A program made the translations under genes and the position numbers. Below the pieces are notes generated by a model that made no database searches, was not told the origin of the DNA, and worked only from the letters and a program-made list of their open reading frames with translations. Of a stretch of 57,366 nt of DNA, positions 17,368 to 27,309 are shown piece by piece. Numbering within the stretch: position 1 is the first letter of the stretch; the number at the start of each line of letters is the position of its first letter. The stretch lies in contig PXCI01000054.1 in NCBI GenBank assembly GCA_003566675.1, forward strand, positions 1 through 57,366, given 5' to 3'. Origin of the DNA: Clostridia bacterium. Its GTDB lineage: Bacteria > Bacillota > Sulfobacillia > SLMV01.

Positions 17368-17684
17368 GCTTCTCCTCTCTATCTTCGGCCACTGAACGGG
17401 TGTCAGGCATAGGGTGCACCGAATACGCCGTCACTGCGCCGAGTAACCAGTGCGGATCCTCCTTGAGAATAAGGCTGCGTACCTCTCTTCACCCTTTGCC
17501 CGTCACGCAGCAATCCTTCCGATTCTCGTCCCGGTCACCCTGGCCACAGAGGCCAGGACCTGAGTGCGTGGAGAGCATCAGGACCGACGACGGGAGTTTC
17601 TGATCCGAACACCTCCTTCCATCCCCCACAGCGACCGGTTACTCCTCGCCTGACGTACCAGGGGTGGCATGCCCCTCCTTCAAC

Positions 17685-18404
17685 TTAGTCCTTCACACCC
17701 CACAACATGCAGTACCTACTCACACATCGAATGGGCCCCTCCTCCAGATCACGGTGCATCCTGGACATCCCGCGATCAAAGGACGAATCCGAGATCAGGT
17801 GCAGCGATGAAAAGGCTCGATCCCGGTAAGGTGCCGGATCCTCAAGATCATAGTGAAACTCAACCGTACGCTCACAGAGATCGGTGAAACCTGCGTCCTG
17901 CATCATGCTCACCAGATCGCAGATGCGAGGATACCTCTGGATCTCAGCATCCACCGTCTCGGGAAAATACGTGCTCAGCGGAGTCCGGCGATGAATAATC
18001 TCGGTGGAATCCGTAACCGTGCACAACCTTCCCCCCGACCGCAGCACCCGGTGCATCTCGCGGAAATAGGCAGGATGATCCGTCACATGGTGGATGACAT
18101 CCACGGAAAAGACCAGGTCAAACCCCCCGTCGGGGAAGTCGAGATCCTCGCCCCGTCCAAGAGCAAACCCGGCCGACCCATCAAGTTCAAGGGCTCGCTC
18201 CAGCATCCGCTCCGAGGGGTCCACCCCCCATCCCTCGCAGCCAACCGTTGAGGTGAGGGCCCGGATGTAGTTCCCTGTGCCGCAGCCTACCTCCAGCACA
18301 CGCGAGCCCCGGCTTATCTCCCCCAGAATATCCTGGAGAACCTGGGGGTGCACCCGCCTGTGCCTGGCATAGTCTCTGGCAACCTCATCGTAGTTGATGC
18401 GCAC
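17685..18404 (-). CDS. Class I SAM-dependent methyltransferase
   Basis: VLEVGCGTG, GVDPS..ML, FDLVFS..VIHH, RVLRSGG. Confidence 0.92.
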   Translation of the reverse strand: MRINYDEVARDYARHRRVHPQVLQDILGEISRGSRVLEVGCGTGNYIRALTSTVGCEGWGVDPSERMLERALELDGSAGFALGRGEDLDFPDGGFDLVFSVDVIHHVTDHPAYFREMHRVLRSGGRLCTVTDSTEIIHRRTPLSTYFPETVDAEIQRYPRICDLVSMMQDAGFTDLCERTVEFHYDLEDPAPYRDRAFSSLHLISDSSFDRGMSRMHRDLEEGPIRCVSRYCMLWGVKD

Positions 18405-18414
18405 AGTCTTCCAC

Positions 18415-19671
18415 TCAACCTATCAGGTGAAGATTTGTCTGCCGACCCGCGAGATAATAGATCTTGCCCCGGGAAAACAACACATCCTGTTCGAGGGCAA
18501 ACACCACGTCCTGGCCATCCCACTCCGGCACCTCACACGTGACATTTAGCTCCATCGCGTGACAGGTATCATCGAAAAGCTCGTAGTCCCCCTTGCCGGG
18601 GACCCCTCCCTGCCTATCCCACAGCCCTATCGTCGGTCCAGCCCCATGCCCGTGATACCCGATTGGGTGGGTGTAAATGCTGGCCCTGAGTCCCTGTTTG
18701 GAGGCCCTTTTCAGCGATCTTTCGAGGATCTCGTTGCCCGATCGGGCAGCGATACACTCCTCGGCCAGGATCTCCTGCAGGCGATTGCCCTGCGCCAGGC
18801 CCGCCTTCAAACCCTTAGGGGCATCCGTCTCGCCAAGATCCAGGACGTAAGCCATCTGCTGAGTGTCCGTCGCCAAGCCCAGGTAGTGCAGCCCCACATC
18901 ACAATGCAGTAGGTCACCGGGGCGGATCAAAGTCCTGCCATCTTTTTCGCGGAACTTCAGCCCGTTCGCCTGAATGCTCACAGAGGGATGGAACCAGGCT
19001 GACAGGCCCAGATCCAGGATCCTCTGGCGGAACCACCACTGAACATCCTGCGTCGTGGTGATGCCGGGATGGATCACCCGAGAGGAAAAAGCCTCCTCTA
19101 TAATGCAGTGGGCAATCTCCACGATCCGGGAATAGGCCTCCATTTCAGCGGGCAGTCTCCTCTCCAGCCAACCCACCGCAAGGCGTTCCGCCCCTTCAAT
19201 CCTGTCGACATGAACGGGATCCAGGGCACCGACAAGCTGACAATGCTCACTGTGAGTCAGGCCGTCGCCAAAGGCAAAGGTCTCCGATACCCCCACACCA
19301 ATACGTCTGGGATCTCTCTCCTGGATCAGCCGCGCGAGGCAAGCCCACTGCTCTTCTCGTTCCGGATCCCAGACGCCCCGGTAAAGATCCCCCAAGTCGT
19401 ACCGCGACAGGATCATCCGCTCGAGTTCGCCCCCGTCAGACAGGTAGAAGACCAATATGGTGAGCCTTCTAGCTGACAGCATCTCAGACGGAAGAAGGGT
19501 CATGATCACCGGGTCTTCATTGTATTCCCTGGCAGCCACGATCCACATGTCAAAGGATTCCCGCTCCATGATCTCCGGAAGCACCTCGTCCAGACGCTGC
19601 CGCAACCATCTGTCCTGAACCTGTGCCCTTTGCCTCAGGGACAATATCGAATACGTTGTACTGTCTCTCAC
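18415..19671 (-). CDS. M24-family (Xaa-Pro) aminopeptidase
   Basis: REYNEDPV, GDLLHCDVG...TDTQ, HPIGYHGHGAG, ELN, ALEQD metal ligands. Confidence 0.9.
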   Translation of the reverse strand: MRDSTTYSILSLRQRAQVQDRWLRQRLDEVLPEIMERESFDMWIVAAREYNEDPVIMTLLPSEMLSARRLTILVFYLSDGGELERMILSRYDLGDLYRGVWDPEREEQWACLARLIQERDPRRIGVGVSETFAFGDGLTHSEHCQLVGALDPVHVDRIEGAERLAVGWLERRLPAEMEAYSRIVEIAHCIIEEAFSSRVIHPGITTTQDVQWWFRQRILDLGLSAWFHPSVSIQANGLKFREKDGRTLIRPGDLLHCDVGLHYLGLATDTQQMAYVLDLGETDAPKGLKAGLAQGNRLQEILAEECIAARSGNEILERSLKRASKQGLRASIYTHPIGYHGHGAGPTIGLWDRQGGVPGKGDYELFDDTCHAMELNVTCEVPEWDGQDVVFALEQDVLFSRGKIYYLAGRQTNLHLIG

Positions 19672-19702
19672 GTCATACCTCCTATCAGCTTGTCAGACTC
19701 TG

Positions 19703-20119
19703 TTATCTTCCACCTTCATCGTCACCATCCTGCAGGCGCCGAATCACCATGGCCGAGGCCTGACTGAAACCAAAGCGCTCATAAAAGGGCTGCACATCAG
19801 GATCGCAGACGACATCGATCATGTACAGCCCTGCCAGCCGATCCAGCATCCTCCTGACAAGTTCGCTCCCTATACCCTGGCCTTGATAATCCTTCCGCAC
19901 CTCCAGGAGGGGGATGTAGGCGGCGAGAACCCTATCACTTATTGCAGTGATGAAGCCGACCACGCTACCTGACTCGGCATCAATGGCAACAAAGCACTGT
20001 TGACTGCCTACTAGGAGCTGCATGTGCACCTCGGGAGGAACAGGTCTGGCCCAGCCAACAAAGAACCCCTCAAGACTCTCGCAATTCAACCCGTCAACGT
20101 CCTCCGTGTAGGCGATCAT
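19703..20119 (-). CDS. GNAT acetyltransferase
   Basis: LEV...YQGQGIGSEL, FYERFGF. Confidence 0.92.
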   Translation of the reverse strand: MIAYTEDVDGLNCESLEGFFVGWARPVPPEVHMQLLVGSQQCFVAIDAESGSVVGFITAISDRVLAAYIPLLEVRKDYQGQGIGSELVRRMLDRLAGLYMIDVVCDPDVQPFYERFGFSQASAMVIRRLQDGDDEGGR

Positions 20120-20227
20120 GCATTTCTCCTCTCACAATCTGGCTTCGCCGCACTATGTACAAATGTTACACCACTTCCGTATAATGTTTGATGGTTGAAG
20201 CCCCTGACAGACGAGGAGCCAGGCACT

Positions 20228-21487
20228 ATGTTCTTTCGAAATCCACAATTGACGCTGCTGTTCTGCTCCCTCTTTCTCATCATGATCGGATTCGGCATCG
20301 TGATACCCCTCCTGCCCTTCGTTGCACGAGAACTGGGGGCCACCTCCATGGACATGGGGCTGTTGGTCACAGCGTGGGCTGCTGCCCAGTTCATCATCGC
20401 TCCGCGCTGGGGTACGTTCTCGGACCGCGTAGGCCGCAGGCCTACGATCATCCTGGGTCTTGTTGGCTTCGGCTTTTCCTTCATCCTGATGGGTCTTTCC
20501 ACCCATCTGTGGGTTCTGTATGTCGCCCGAATTCTCGGGGGGCTCATGTCCGCGGCAACGATGCCGTCAGCCAGTGCCTACATTGCAGACGTAACCACCC
20601 GAGAGGAACGCGGGGCAAGTATGGGGCTGCTCGGTGCAGCCTTCGGTCTCGGGTTCATGCTGGGACCCACCATCGGAGGACTCCTTGCACCCCTCGGCGT
20701 GCGGTTCACCTTCTTCATCGCTGGAACATGTGGATGGCTCAATGCCATCCTGGTGTATTTCATGCTCCCTGAGCCCGAGACCCGCAGCAAGAGCGGCGCA
20801 CGGGGCCAATCTGCCCTTCATGCCGTCGTGGCATCGCTTAAGAAACCATACGCCATCCTGCTGTTCATACCCTTCTGCATGTCTTTTGCCGGTTCTGTGC
20901 TCTTCAGCATGATGGCCTACTACCTGATGGATAAGTTCGCGGCCAACGAGTCCCTGGTTGCCATTGCCTTTGCCGTCAATGGAGGCATCGGAGTCCTGAC
21001 CCAGGGCTTTTTCCTTGGTGCCGCCCTGAAGCTGATGAATGAGCTCAATCTTCTGCGGATCGGCATGCTGGTGACGGCCCTCGGGTTTGCGGGTTTTCTG
21101 GTGTCACCATCCTTTTTCTTCATCCTGGTGTGCGTCGCCCTGGTCAGCATGGGGCAGGGCCTGGCTCGCCCCGTGGTCATGACGCTACTCTCCAAGGCAA
21201 CGGATATGGGTCAGGGCGTCACCATGGGGCTTCAGAGTTCCTACGAGTCACTAGGGCGTGTTGCAGGTCCCCTGTGGGCAGGTTTTGTTTACATGCTGTC
21301 CATTGAAGCTCCCTACGCATCCTCGGCCCTGATCTATATCCTGACCATGTTCATCCTCGAAAGGGCGCGACGCCTTCTGAATCAGGTGGCCGAGGAAGAT
21401 GCACGGCTCGCTGCTATGGGCCCTCCCGTCCCGCAAAAGATCCTCGCTGCTCCCGGCCCCATGGGCGATGGCTCGGCAAAGAACTGA
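20228..21487 (+). CDS. MFS drug:H+ antiporter (TetA/Bmr-like)
   Basis: GFGIVIPLLP, motif A G..SDRVGRRP, AYIADVT..EER, GPTIGG; 12 TM. Confidence 0.92.
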   Translation: MFFRNPQLTLLFCSLFLIMIGFGIVIPLLPFVARELGATSMDMGLLVTAWAAAQFIIAPRWGTFSDRVGRRPTIILGLVGFGFSFILMGLSTHLWVLYVARILGGLMSAATMPSASAYIADVTTREERGASMGLLGAAFGLGFMLGPTIGGLLAPLGVRFTFFIAGTCGWLNAILVYFMLPEPETRSKSGARGQSALHAVVASLKKPYAILLFIPFCMSFAGSVLFSMMAYYLMDKFAANESLVAIAFAVNGGIGVLTQGFFLGAALKLMNELNLLRIGMLVTALGFAGFLVSPSFFFILVCVALVSMGQGLARPVVMTLLSKATDMGQGVTMGLQSSYESLGRVAGPLWAGFVYMLSIEAPYASSALIYILTMFILERARRLLNQVAEEDARLAAMGPPVPQKILAAPGPMGDGSAKN

Positions 21488-21635
21488 TCGACACGTCTGC
21501 CGGGGAAGAAGGGATCCATCGACCCTTCGTAGAATCGGGATGTGAGTCTTCCGACTAAATGGCCAGGTGTCGGAACAACCTGGCGAGCACAGCCCAGACA
21601 TCCTGATTGACCGGGCGTACGAGGAGGAGTAACAC

Positions 21636-22391
21636 GTGCAGATCCTAGACGATGTGTGTATAGGCTGTGGTACCTGCCTGATCTACTGCCCCAGCGGTGC
21701 CATCGGCCTGGAAAACGACGTGGCAACGATCAACGCAGAAAGCTGCGTCGAATGCGGAACCTGTGTGCGGGTCAGATGCTGTCCCACCGAGGCGATTCAT
21801 CCCTCATCACTGAAGGGGATTCCGAGAGAGATCCGATCCTTCTTCAGCGATCCAGCAATCACTCACGGCCAGACCAGCGTACCTGGGCGAGGCACGGAAG
21901 AAGTCAAGACCAATGATGTGACCGGCCGGTACAAGAAGGGGTGTGTGGGCATAGGCGTCGAGGTGGGCCGGCCCTCCCTCGGAGCATACATGGAGGACGT
22001 GGAGAAAATCACAACCCCCCTGGCCTCAATGGGCATCAGGGTCGAGTCCAACAATCCCCTGGCCCATCTTCTCGAGTCCCGCGAAACGGGACGGATCAAG
22101 GAGGAATATCGCCGTGAACGCGTGACTTCCATCATCATTGAGTTCACCGTCCCCGAGAGCAGAGTTGAGGAGGTCCTGCTACGACTCAAAGATCTCTTCG
22201 ATGAAGGCGAGACCACGTTCACCCTTGACCTGATCACCCACTTTGATGAAGCGGGAAACATCCCCATGTGGAGTAGGCTGGTGGACCTCGGATACACCCC
22301 CCGACCCAATGCCAAGATCAACCTGGGCCTCGGCAGGCCACTGGCGGAAGAGCGAGATCGGGAGACCCCTGGAGGTGGCCTGGGCAAATGA
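21636..22391 (+). CDS. 2x[4Fe-4S] ferredoxin-domain protein with uncharacterised C-terminal domain
   Basis: CIGCGTCLIYCP and CVECGTCVRVRCCP; GRGTEEVKTNDVTGR block; GAGGAGGAG RBS. Confidence 0.85.
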   Translation: MQILDDVCIGCGTCLIYCPSGAIGLENDVATINAESCVECGTCVRVRCCPTEAIHPSSLKGIPREIRSFFSDPAITHGQTSVPGRGTEEVKTNDVTGRYKKGCVGIGVEVGRPSLGAYMEDVEKITTPLASMGIRVESNNPLAHLLESRETGRIKEEYRRERVTSIIIEFTVPESRVEEVLLRLKDLFDEGETTFTLDLITHFDEAGNIPMWSRLVDLGYTPRPNAKINLGLGRPLAEERDRETPGGGLGK

Positions 22392-23023
22392 CACACTCAT
22401 TGCATCGCCAAGGAGATGAAGACAGCCTGCAAAGGGACTTCGTCGTGCTAATCACGCCGGCCGCCGGGGTCAATGTGGAGGGAGCCACCGAAAAGTTAAA
22501 AGAACTCGTTGATGTCATCAAGGGGTTGGGTCCTGACAACATAGGCGACTTCATGTCGGGCTCCATCCATGACGGCCACGACTTCGAGAAAATCAAGTGG
22601 GGATTGGAGCAGGCTGCTGTCCCGCGAGTGCGCTGCTGTTTCTCGGACCCTACCAAGGTCATCGAGCTGCTTCGCTATATCAAGGAAAGAGACTACGGCC
22701 TGTCGGTCACCATCAGCGGCCTCATCAATCGGGTGCAGGAGATGTGCCAACAGCTCCAGATTGAACCCCATTCCATCAATCTTTCCCTCGGGTTTCACGG
22801 AAGAATTGATCAAGTACCCGAGCAAAACATCATGAACATCGTCACGATGTGCGGCCACGGCATGATCTCGGCTGAACTGGTCCGGGATCTAATCGATCGA
22901 GTGTCCTCGGGAGGGATGTCCCCTGACGAAGCAGCCGGGGAGTTGGCCCGTCCGTGCCTCTGCGGGATTTTCAATCGTGAAAGGGCACGGGACCTCATCG
23001 TTGAGGCAACAACAGACGCCTGA
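22388..23023 (+). CDS. Conserved hypothetical Cys/His protein, partner of upstream Fe-S protein
   Basis: ATGA overlap; MTHSLHR, TMCGHGM, CLCGIFN motifs. Confidence 0.8.
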   Translation: MTHSLHRQGDEDSLQRDFVVLITPAAGVNVEGATEKLKELVDVIKGLGPDNIGDFMSGSIHDGHDFEKIKWGLEQAAVPRVRCCFSDPTKVIELLRYIKERDYGLSVTISGLINRVQEMCQQLQIEPHSINLSLGFHGRIDQVPEQNIMNIVTMCGHGMISAELVRDLIDRVSSGGMSPDEAAGELARPCLCGIFNRERARDLIVEATTDA

Positions 23024-23310
23024 GATCTCAGCCCGGTCGATGGCGAACCCCGACTGTCCGACTGGCAAACACCATGGGGCCTTGCCTGCTGCCGCATCCT
23101 GGGTGCGGCACACTCAGGCATAGCCCCCGTTCCCCCAGACACCAGGGCACATCGAGATTCCACGAGAGATATTGTCGCGTTGGATGGATAATGCAGTGAT
23201 AGAACTAGCACGTGGTAGGGTACCACCTTATGCCCTGAGGTTTCCCCTGATCAGGCGTACATCTGAGTGTACGCAGGTAGGAGCCACTCCGAGGTTGTCG
23301 GACGGAGACG

Positions 23311-24213
23311 TCATCGCCGACACACCCGTTGAATACCCGCTTCTTCAGCGATCCGGGCCGCCGATGCAACTTCATCTCTTCTCGGTCGTCGATTGAGCGG
23401 AGGATGATCCCCTGCACGGTGCGCAGGATAGTACTGATCCATTAGATTAACGAAGGTATCCGGCGATATCTCCTCTGCCAGGAACTCCATCACCTCTTTC
23501 GTCCCCGCGTTGCCCTCAGGAAGAATCAGATGGCGGATCATCAGGCCGCGAACCGCGATCCCCCGTTCGTCACAGGAGAGATCCCCCACCTGTCGGTGCA
23601 TCTCCGCCACTGCTTTCCGGTTCACCTCGGGATAATCGCGGGCTGCCGACAGTCTCTCGGCCACATCCGGGTCCTGGTATTTCATGTCAGGCATGTAGAT
23701 GTCCACGACCCCGTCGAGAAGCTCTAGAGCCTCGGGGGAATCGTAGCCTCCCGTATTGTAGACCAGGGGTAGATCCAACCCACGTCGCGACGCCCACGCC
23801 ACGGCGCCGAGAATCTGAGGAATGACATGGCTCGGGCTCACCAGGTTAACATTATGACAGCCCCTTCGCTGAAGGGAGAGCATCATCTTCCCCAGATCTC
23901 TCAGGCCCTGCTCACGCCCCACGGAGTACTGGCTCGTGTCGTAGTTCTGACAGTAGACGCATCGTAGGTTGCAGCCGCAGAAGAAGATGGTTCCCGATCC
24001 CCTGGTCCCCCGCAGTGGGGCTTCCTCTCCAGGATGAGGCCCGTAGCTGGCGACCGGAGCCCGATATCCGGTCCGGCAGTAGCCCAGATCTCCCCTACGA
24101 CGATTCACGCCACAGTCCCGCGGACATAAGCGACACTCCCGCAATTTCTCCCACGCGCGTCGGACTCTATCGGTCAACCTCTCTTCTCCCAGCTCCAGAT
24201 AAGAAACTGTCAT
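23311..24213 (-). CDS. Radical SAM protein, PflX-like
   Basis: N-terminal CRLCPRDC, H.GEE, GSGTIFF, CNLRCVYC radical SAM motif, IYMPDMKY, RHLILP. Confidence 0.92.
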   Translation of the reverse strand: MTVSYLELGEERLTDRVRRAWEKLRECRLCPRDCGVNRRRGDLGYCRTGYRAPVASYGPHPGEEAPLRGTRGSGTIFFCGCNLRCVYCQNYDTSQYSVGREQGLRDLGKMMLSLQRRGCHNVNLVSPSHVIPQILGAVAWASRRGLDLPLVYNTGGYDSPEALELLDGVVDIYMPDMKYQDPDVAERLSAARDYPEVNRKAVAEMHRQVGDLSCDERGIAVRGLMIRHLILPEGNAGTKEVMEFLAEEISPDTFVNLMDQYYPAHRAGDHPPLNRRPRRDEVASAARIAEEAGIQRVCRR

Positions 24214-24364
24214 TCGCTCACCTCACGGAAGATGCTGTGACCATCAAGGCCCTCTCAGGGGTAGCTGCAGGCCTGTTGCTGTCGGCACCACCCCCGGATA
24301 ACCTTCCCCTTCGCACCAGGGTCAATGCCAAGTCCTCACCAAAATTGCAACAAGAGATGCGCCA

Positions 24365-25641
24365 CTAGGTCCAGGGGTTCGGATCCGGGGGAACTTCCTC
24401 CTCGTCCATCTGTTCGATGCGGGCCCGTCTGCGCCGCAGACCGTAACTGAACCACCAGAGTACCACGATGAGCACCGTTGCGCCCATGAGCATGAAGGGA
24501 ACGTCCCGCAGGTTGATGCGCAGATGAGCCTTCGGTGAGAAATCTGTGGGATCGAGCGAAGCCAGTTCTGCGATGATTTCAGGGGCGAAGTCCACGAAAG
24601 TGGGAAACACATCTCGTTGGCTGCGGTAGTTCTCCTCCAGATACTCTGCCAGATGACGGGTGAGATAAAATCCCCGCCCCTCATTAACGGCTAGATCCCG
24701 CTCATAGGCCGCTCTCCCATACAGATCTTTCATGGCCAGGGCGCCAATTGCCCTGATGACCTGTTCGTTCACAAAGGTGTGTACGTTCGTGTAGAGCTGA
24801 TCGCTCATCTGTCCCCCCACTGGTTCAAAAAGGGGCTGCAGTTCAAAAACCTCTCGAGCATGCCTGGCGAGGGTGGGATCCACATACGAGTGCCCCCATT
24901 CGTGTAACATAAGCCCGGCGAGGGTCTCGCCCTGCATGGGTCCATCGCCGGTTCGAATCACTCCCACCATGATCAGTTCACCATCGGCTGTGCCTACTGT
25001 AGCACCATACCCGCCTGCAGGGAACAACGACGGGGCCAGAATGGTGTGATACTCCATCGCTGACCATCCGTAAAAACCCTCCAGCCATTGGACCATCAGC
25101 AAACCATCGAGATCTGCGGTGACTTCCTCCACCGCCGTCTCAAAGCGGTTCCTGTTCTGCTCGAAGAAGTCCGTAAACCCTGACTCGGCAGCCAGGTCGA
25201 TGAGAGCCATGCGGAACCGCTCCAGCTGGGCCTCACTGCCTGCCCTCCGCGCCAGATGAGCGTCGTAGGGGTGGATAATCTGGAGCTGTGGGAGGGGACC
25301 GAGCCTGAAGGCAAAATTTGGGGGCAGATCATGGGCGAAGCCTCGCGCCAGAAGATCCTCGGCAATCTGAACGGCTTCATGTCCCGAATACGGCGCGAAA
25401 AAACGGTCAACCGCCCTGGAGTAGTCACCACCCGATTCCCACCGGGCATATTCCTCCATCCAGGCTGTCTGCCGCAAAACTCCAGCCACCAACTCCATCC
25501 TGGGCAAAACGGAAACGTATATGCCGGGCGCCTGCTCACGGACCACCCCAGATCCAGCCTCCGGAGCACCGCCGACGGGTTTGAAGATGAGCAGCATCAA
25601 CACCAGGGCTGTGACCCCAGTCCTGATGACGCGAATCGCAT
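24365..25641 (-). CDS. DUF4932-like exported zinc metalloprotein with C-terminal TM anchor; probable 1-nt frameshift near start
   Basis: PRMEL, HEWGHS.V.P, NEQVIRA motifs; open frame 24365-25603, coupled ATG at 25641 out of frame by 1. Confidence 0.7.
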
Positions 25642-26768
25642 TATTGGAGAATATGCCTCAACACCTCCACCGTCCTGTCGACATCGCGCTGGCGGTTGTA
25701 GAAATTCACGGCAGCCCGCAAACCCCTCCCCCTTAGTGCGAGGTAGACATTGTGTGACGCCAGTTCAGAAACCAGCTGCCCATCGGTGATGGAATCCCCC
25801 GTGGTGAAGGAGACGATTGCGGAGGGGTGAAACGGTCGGCGAGGGCTGGTAATATCCAGCCCCAGGCCCTCCACTCCCCTCATAAGATCCTGGCTCAGGT
25901 CACCCACCCGACGGGCGATGTCCTCTACTCCGCACTCGAGAAGAAGGCCCACGGAAGATCCAAGAGCCATAATCCCCGGAAGATTCCACGCGCCAGTGAA
26001 GAACCGTCGAGCATCCCTATGGAAACAGAGGCCTCCCGCCGAGTGCACCCCCCTGACCCCGTGGCGACCGACCAGGGGAGGAGACATCTTCTGCACCACA
26101 TCTTCATGGACAAACATACACCCATTTCCCCGTCCGGCCAGCAACCACTTGTACCCGCCAGCCACCAAAATGGAAATGTGACATTCTCGAACGTCCACGG
26201 GCAGGACCCCCAGGCTCTGTATGGCGTCCACAACCAGGAAGATCTCTCGGTCCCGACAGAAGGACCCGAGGGTTTTGAGATCTTGTCGAAAACCGTTAGT
26301 CCACTGTACATCGCTTAGAGCCACCACTCGAGTGCGGGCGTCAATGGAGCTGAAGATGTCCTCAACGGCCAAGCCGGGGCCATGCCATCGAACTCTTCTC
26401 ACCTCAACCCCCTTGCACTGCAAGTTGAGCCAGGGATACACAAGGCTGGGATGCTCAGGGTCGGGTATGAGGACATTATCATCGGCCCGGAGGGGTAAAG
26501 ATGAAGCCGCCAGGCTCACCCCCTCCGATGTATTGGCAACAAATGCGATCTCCTCGCTCTTTGCATTCATCAACAAAGCGAGTTTCCTTCGTGCCCCCTC
26601 CAACTCCCCGGACACATTGGGTTCAATATGGGGGCGTCCAAGGGATTCAGTGATTTGACCGATACGATCAACAGTACGCCTGGGAACCGGGCACTGGGCA
26701 GCGTTGTTCAGATATGTCACCTCATCGATTACGGGAAACTCCTCCCGTATGGCATCCTGGGACAGCAT
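25641..26768 (-). CDS. Class V PLP-dependent aminotransferase (CsdA/SufS-like fold)
   Basis: YLNNAA, NTSEG, EHPS, VDAIQSLG, GGYKWL; lacks the desulfurase catalytic Cys loop. Confidence 0.88.
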   Translation of the reverse strand: MLSQDAIREEFPVIDEVTYLNNAAQCPVPRRTVDRIGQITESLGRPHIEPNVSGELEGARRKLALLMNAKSEEIAFVANTSEGVSLAASSLPLRADDNVLIPDPEHPSLVYPWLNLQCKGVEVRRVRWHGPGLAVEDIFSSIDARTRVVALSDVQWTNGFRQDLKTLGSFCRDREIFLVVDAIQSLGVLPVDVRECHISILVAGGYKWLLAGRGNGCMFVHEDVVQKMSPPLVGRHGVRGVHSAGGLCFHRDARRFFTGAWNLPGIMALGSSVGLLLECGVEDIARRVGDLSQDLMRGVEGLGLDITSPRRPFHPSAIVSFTTGDSITDGQLVSELASHNVYLALRGRGLRAAVNFYNRQRDVDRTVEVLRHILQ

Positions 26769-27257
26769 CCGAGATCCGCCTCCTCACCAATGCCTCACAA
26801 TCGGGTATCACTGTTAGAAAACCCTTCGCCAACGTACGTGCGTACACCTTCCCCTCTCGATCCGGCGACAATAGCCTTAGCTTCCTGTAGCTGCCAAAGG
26901 CGAACATTGAACGATCGAAGCGGCGCGAAGAAATCCAGAGAGTCGATGCTGCCGACATACTCGGTGCCAAGGCGATGGTGTCCGAAGCCGACACAAAGAC
27001 AGCGGATAATCCCATGACTGCTTCATATCTCCTTGAAAGGAGCGGCACACAGAAACCCAACGGCCAGGAACACGACCACATACCAAGCACGGTGATTGTG
27101 CTGATGCCCGGAAGCCCACCTGTGGCACCAATGCTCCAATCGTAACAAGCCACGTCATCACATCATTGCCCCAACATTGACAACTCCAACAAGGGCTCTT
27201 GCGGTGATCACTGTGCTCCTGGAATATGGCTTGGCGAAAAGATGCCCGGGAAATAAG

Positions 27258-27292
27258 GGCGATTCATCCCCCTTTGAAGGGAGATGAATCGC
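27258..27292 (-). terminator. Intrinsic terminator after amidinotransferase gene
   Basis: GGCGATTCATC...GATGAATCGCC followed by CTTATTT. Confidence 0.7.
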
Positions 27293-27309
27293 CTGGACTT
27301 CTGCAAAAA

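Noticed and set aside
23211..23290. Pistol, hammerhead or HDV ribozyme match
   Set aside because: Pistol P2/AAA linker, hammerhead CUGAUGA-stem-GAAA and HDV P1.1 elements are missing; kept only as an unclassified RNA candidate
24240..24310. SAM-I riboswitch-like words (TTATC...GTGGTG...CAGCAAC, minus) upstream of the radical SAM gene
   Set aside because: Kink-turn/P2 (GAGGGA..GGCCC) and closing GAT are absent
25641..26768. Calling the class V PLP enzyme a cysteine desulfurase
   Set aside because: No RxGxHCA or SSGSAC catalytic Cys motif
26769..27250. ORFs 26722-27153 and 26877-27161 as genes
   Set aside because: No RBS or motif; at most an eroded membrane-protein fragment I cannot support
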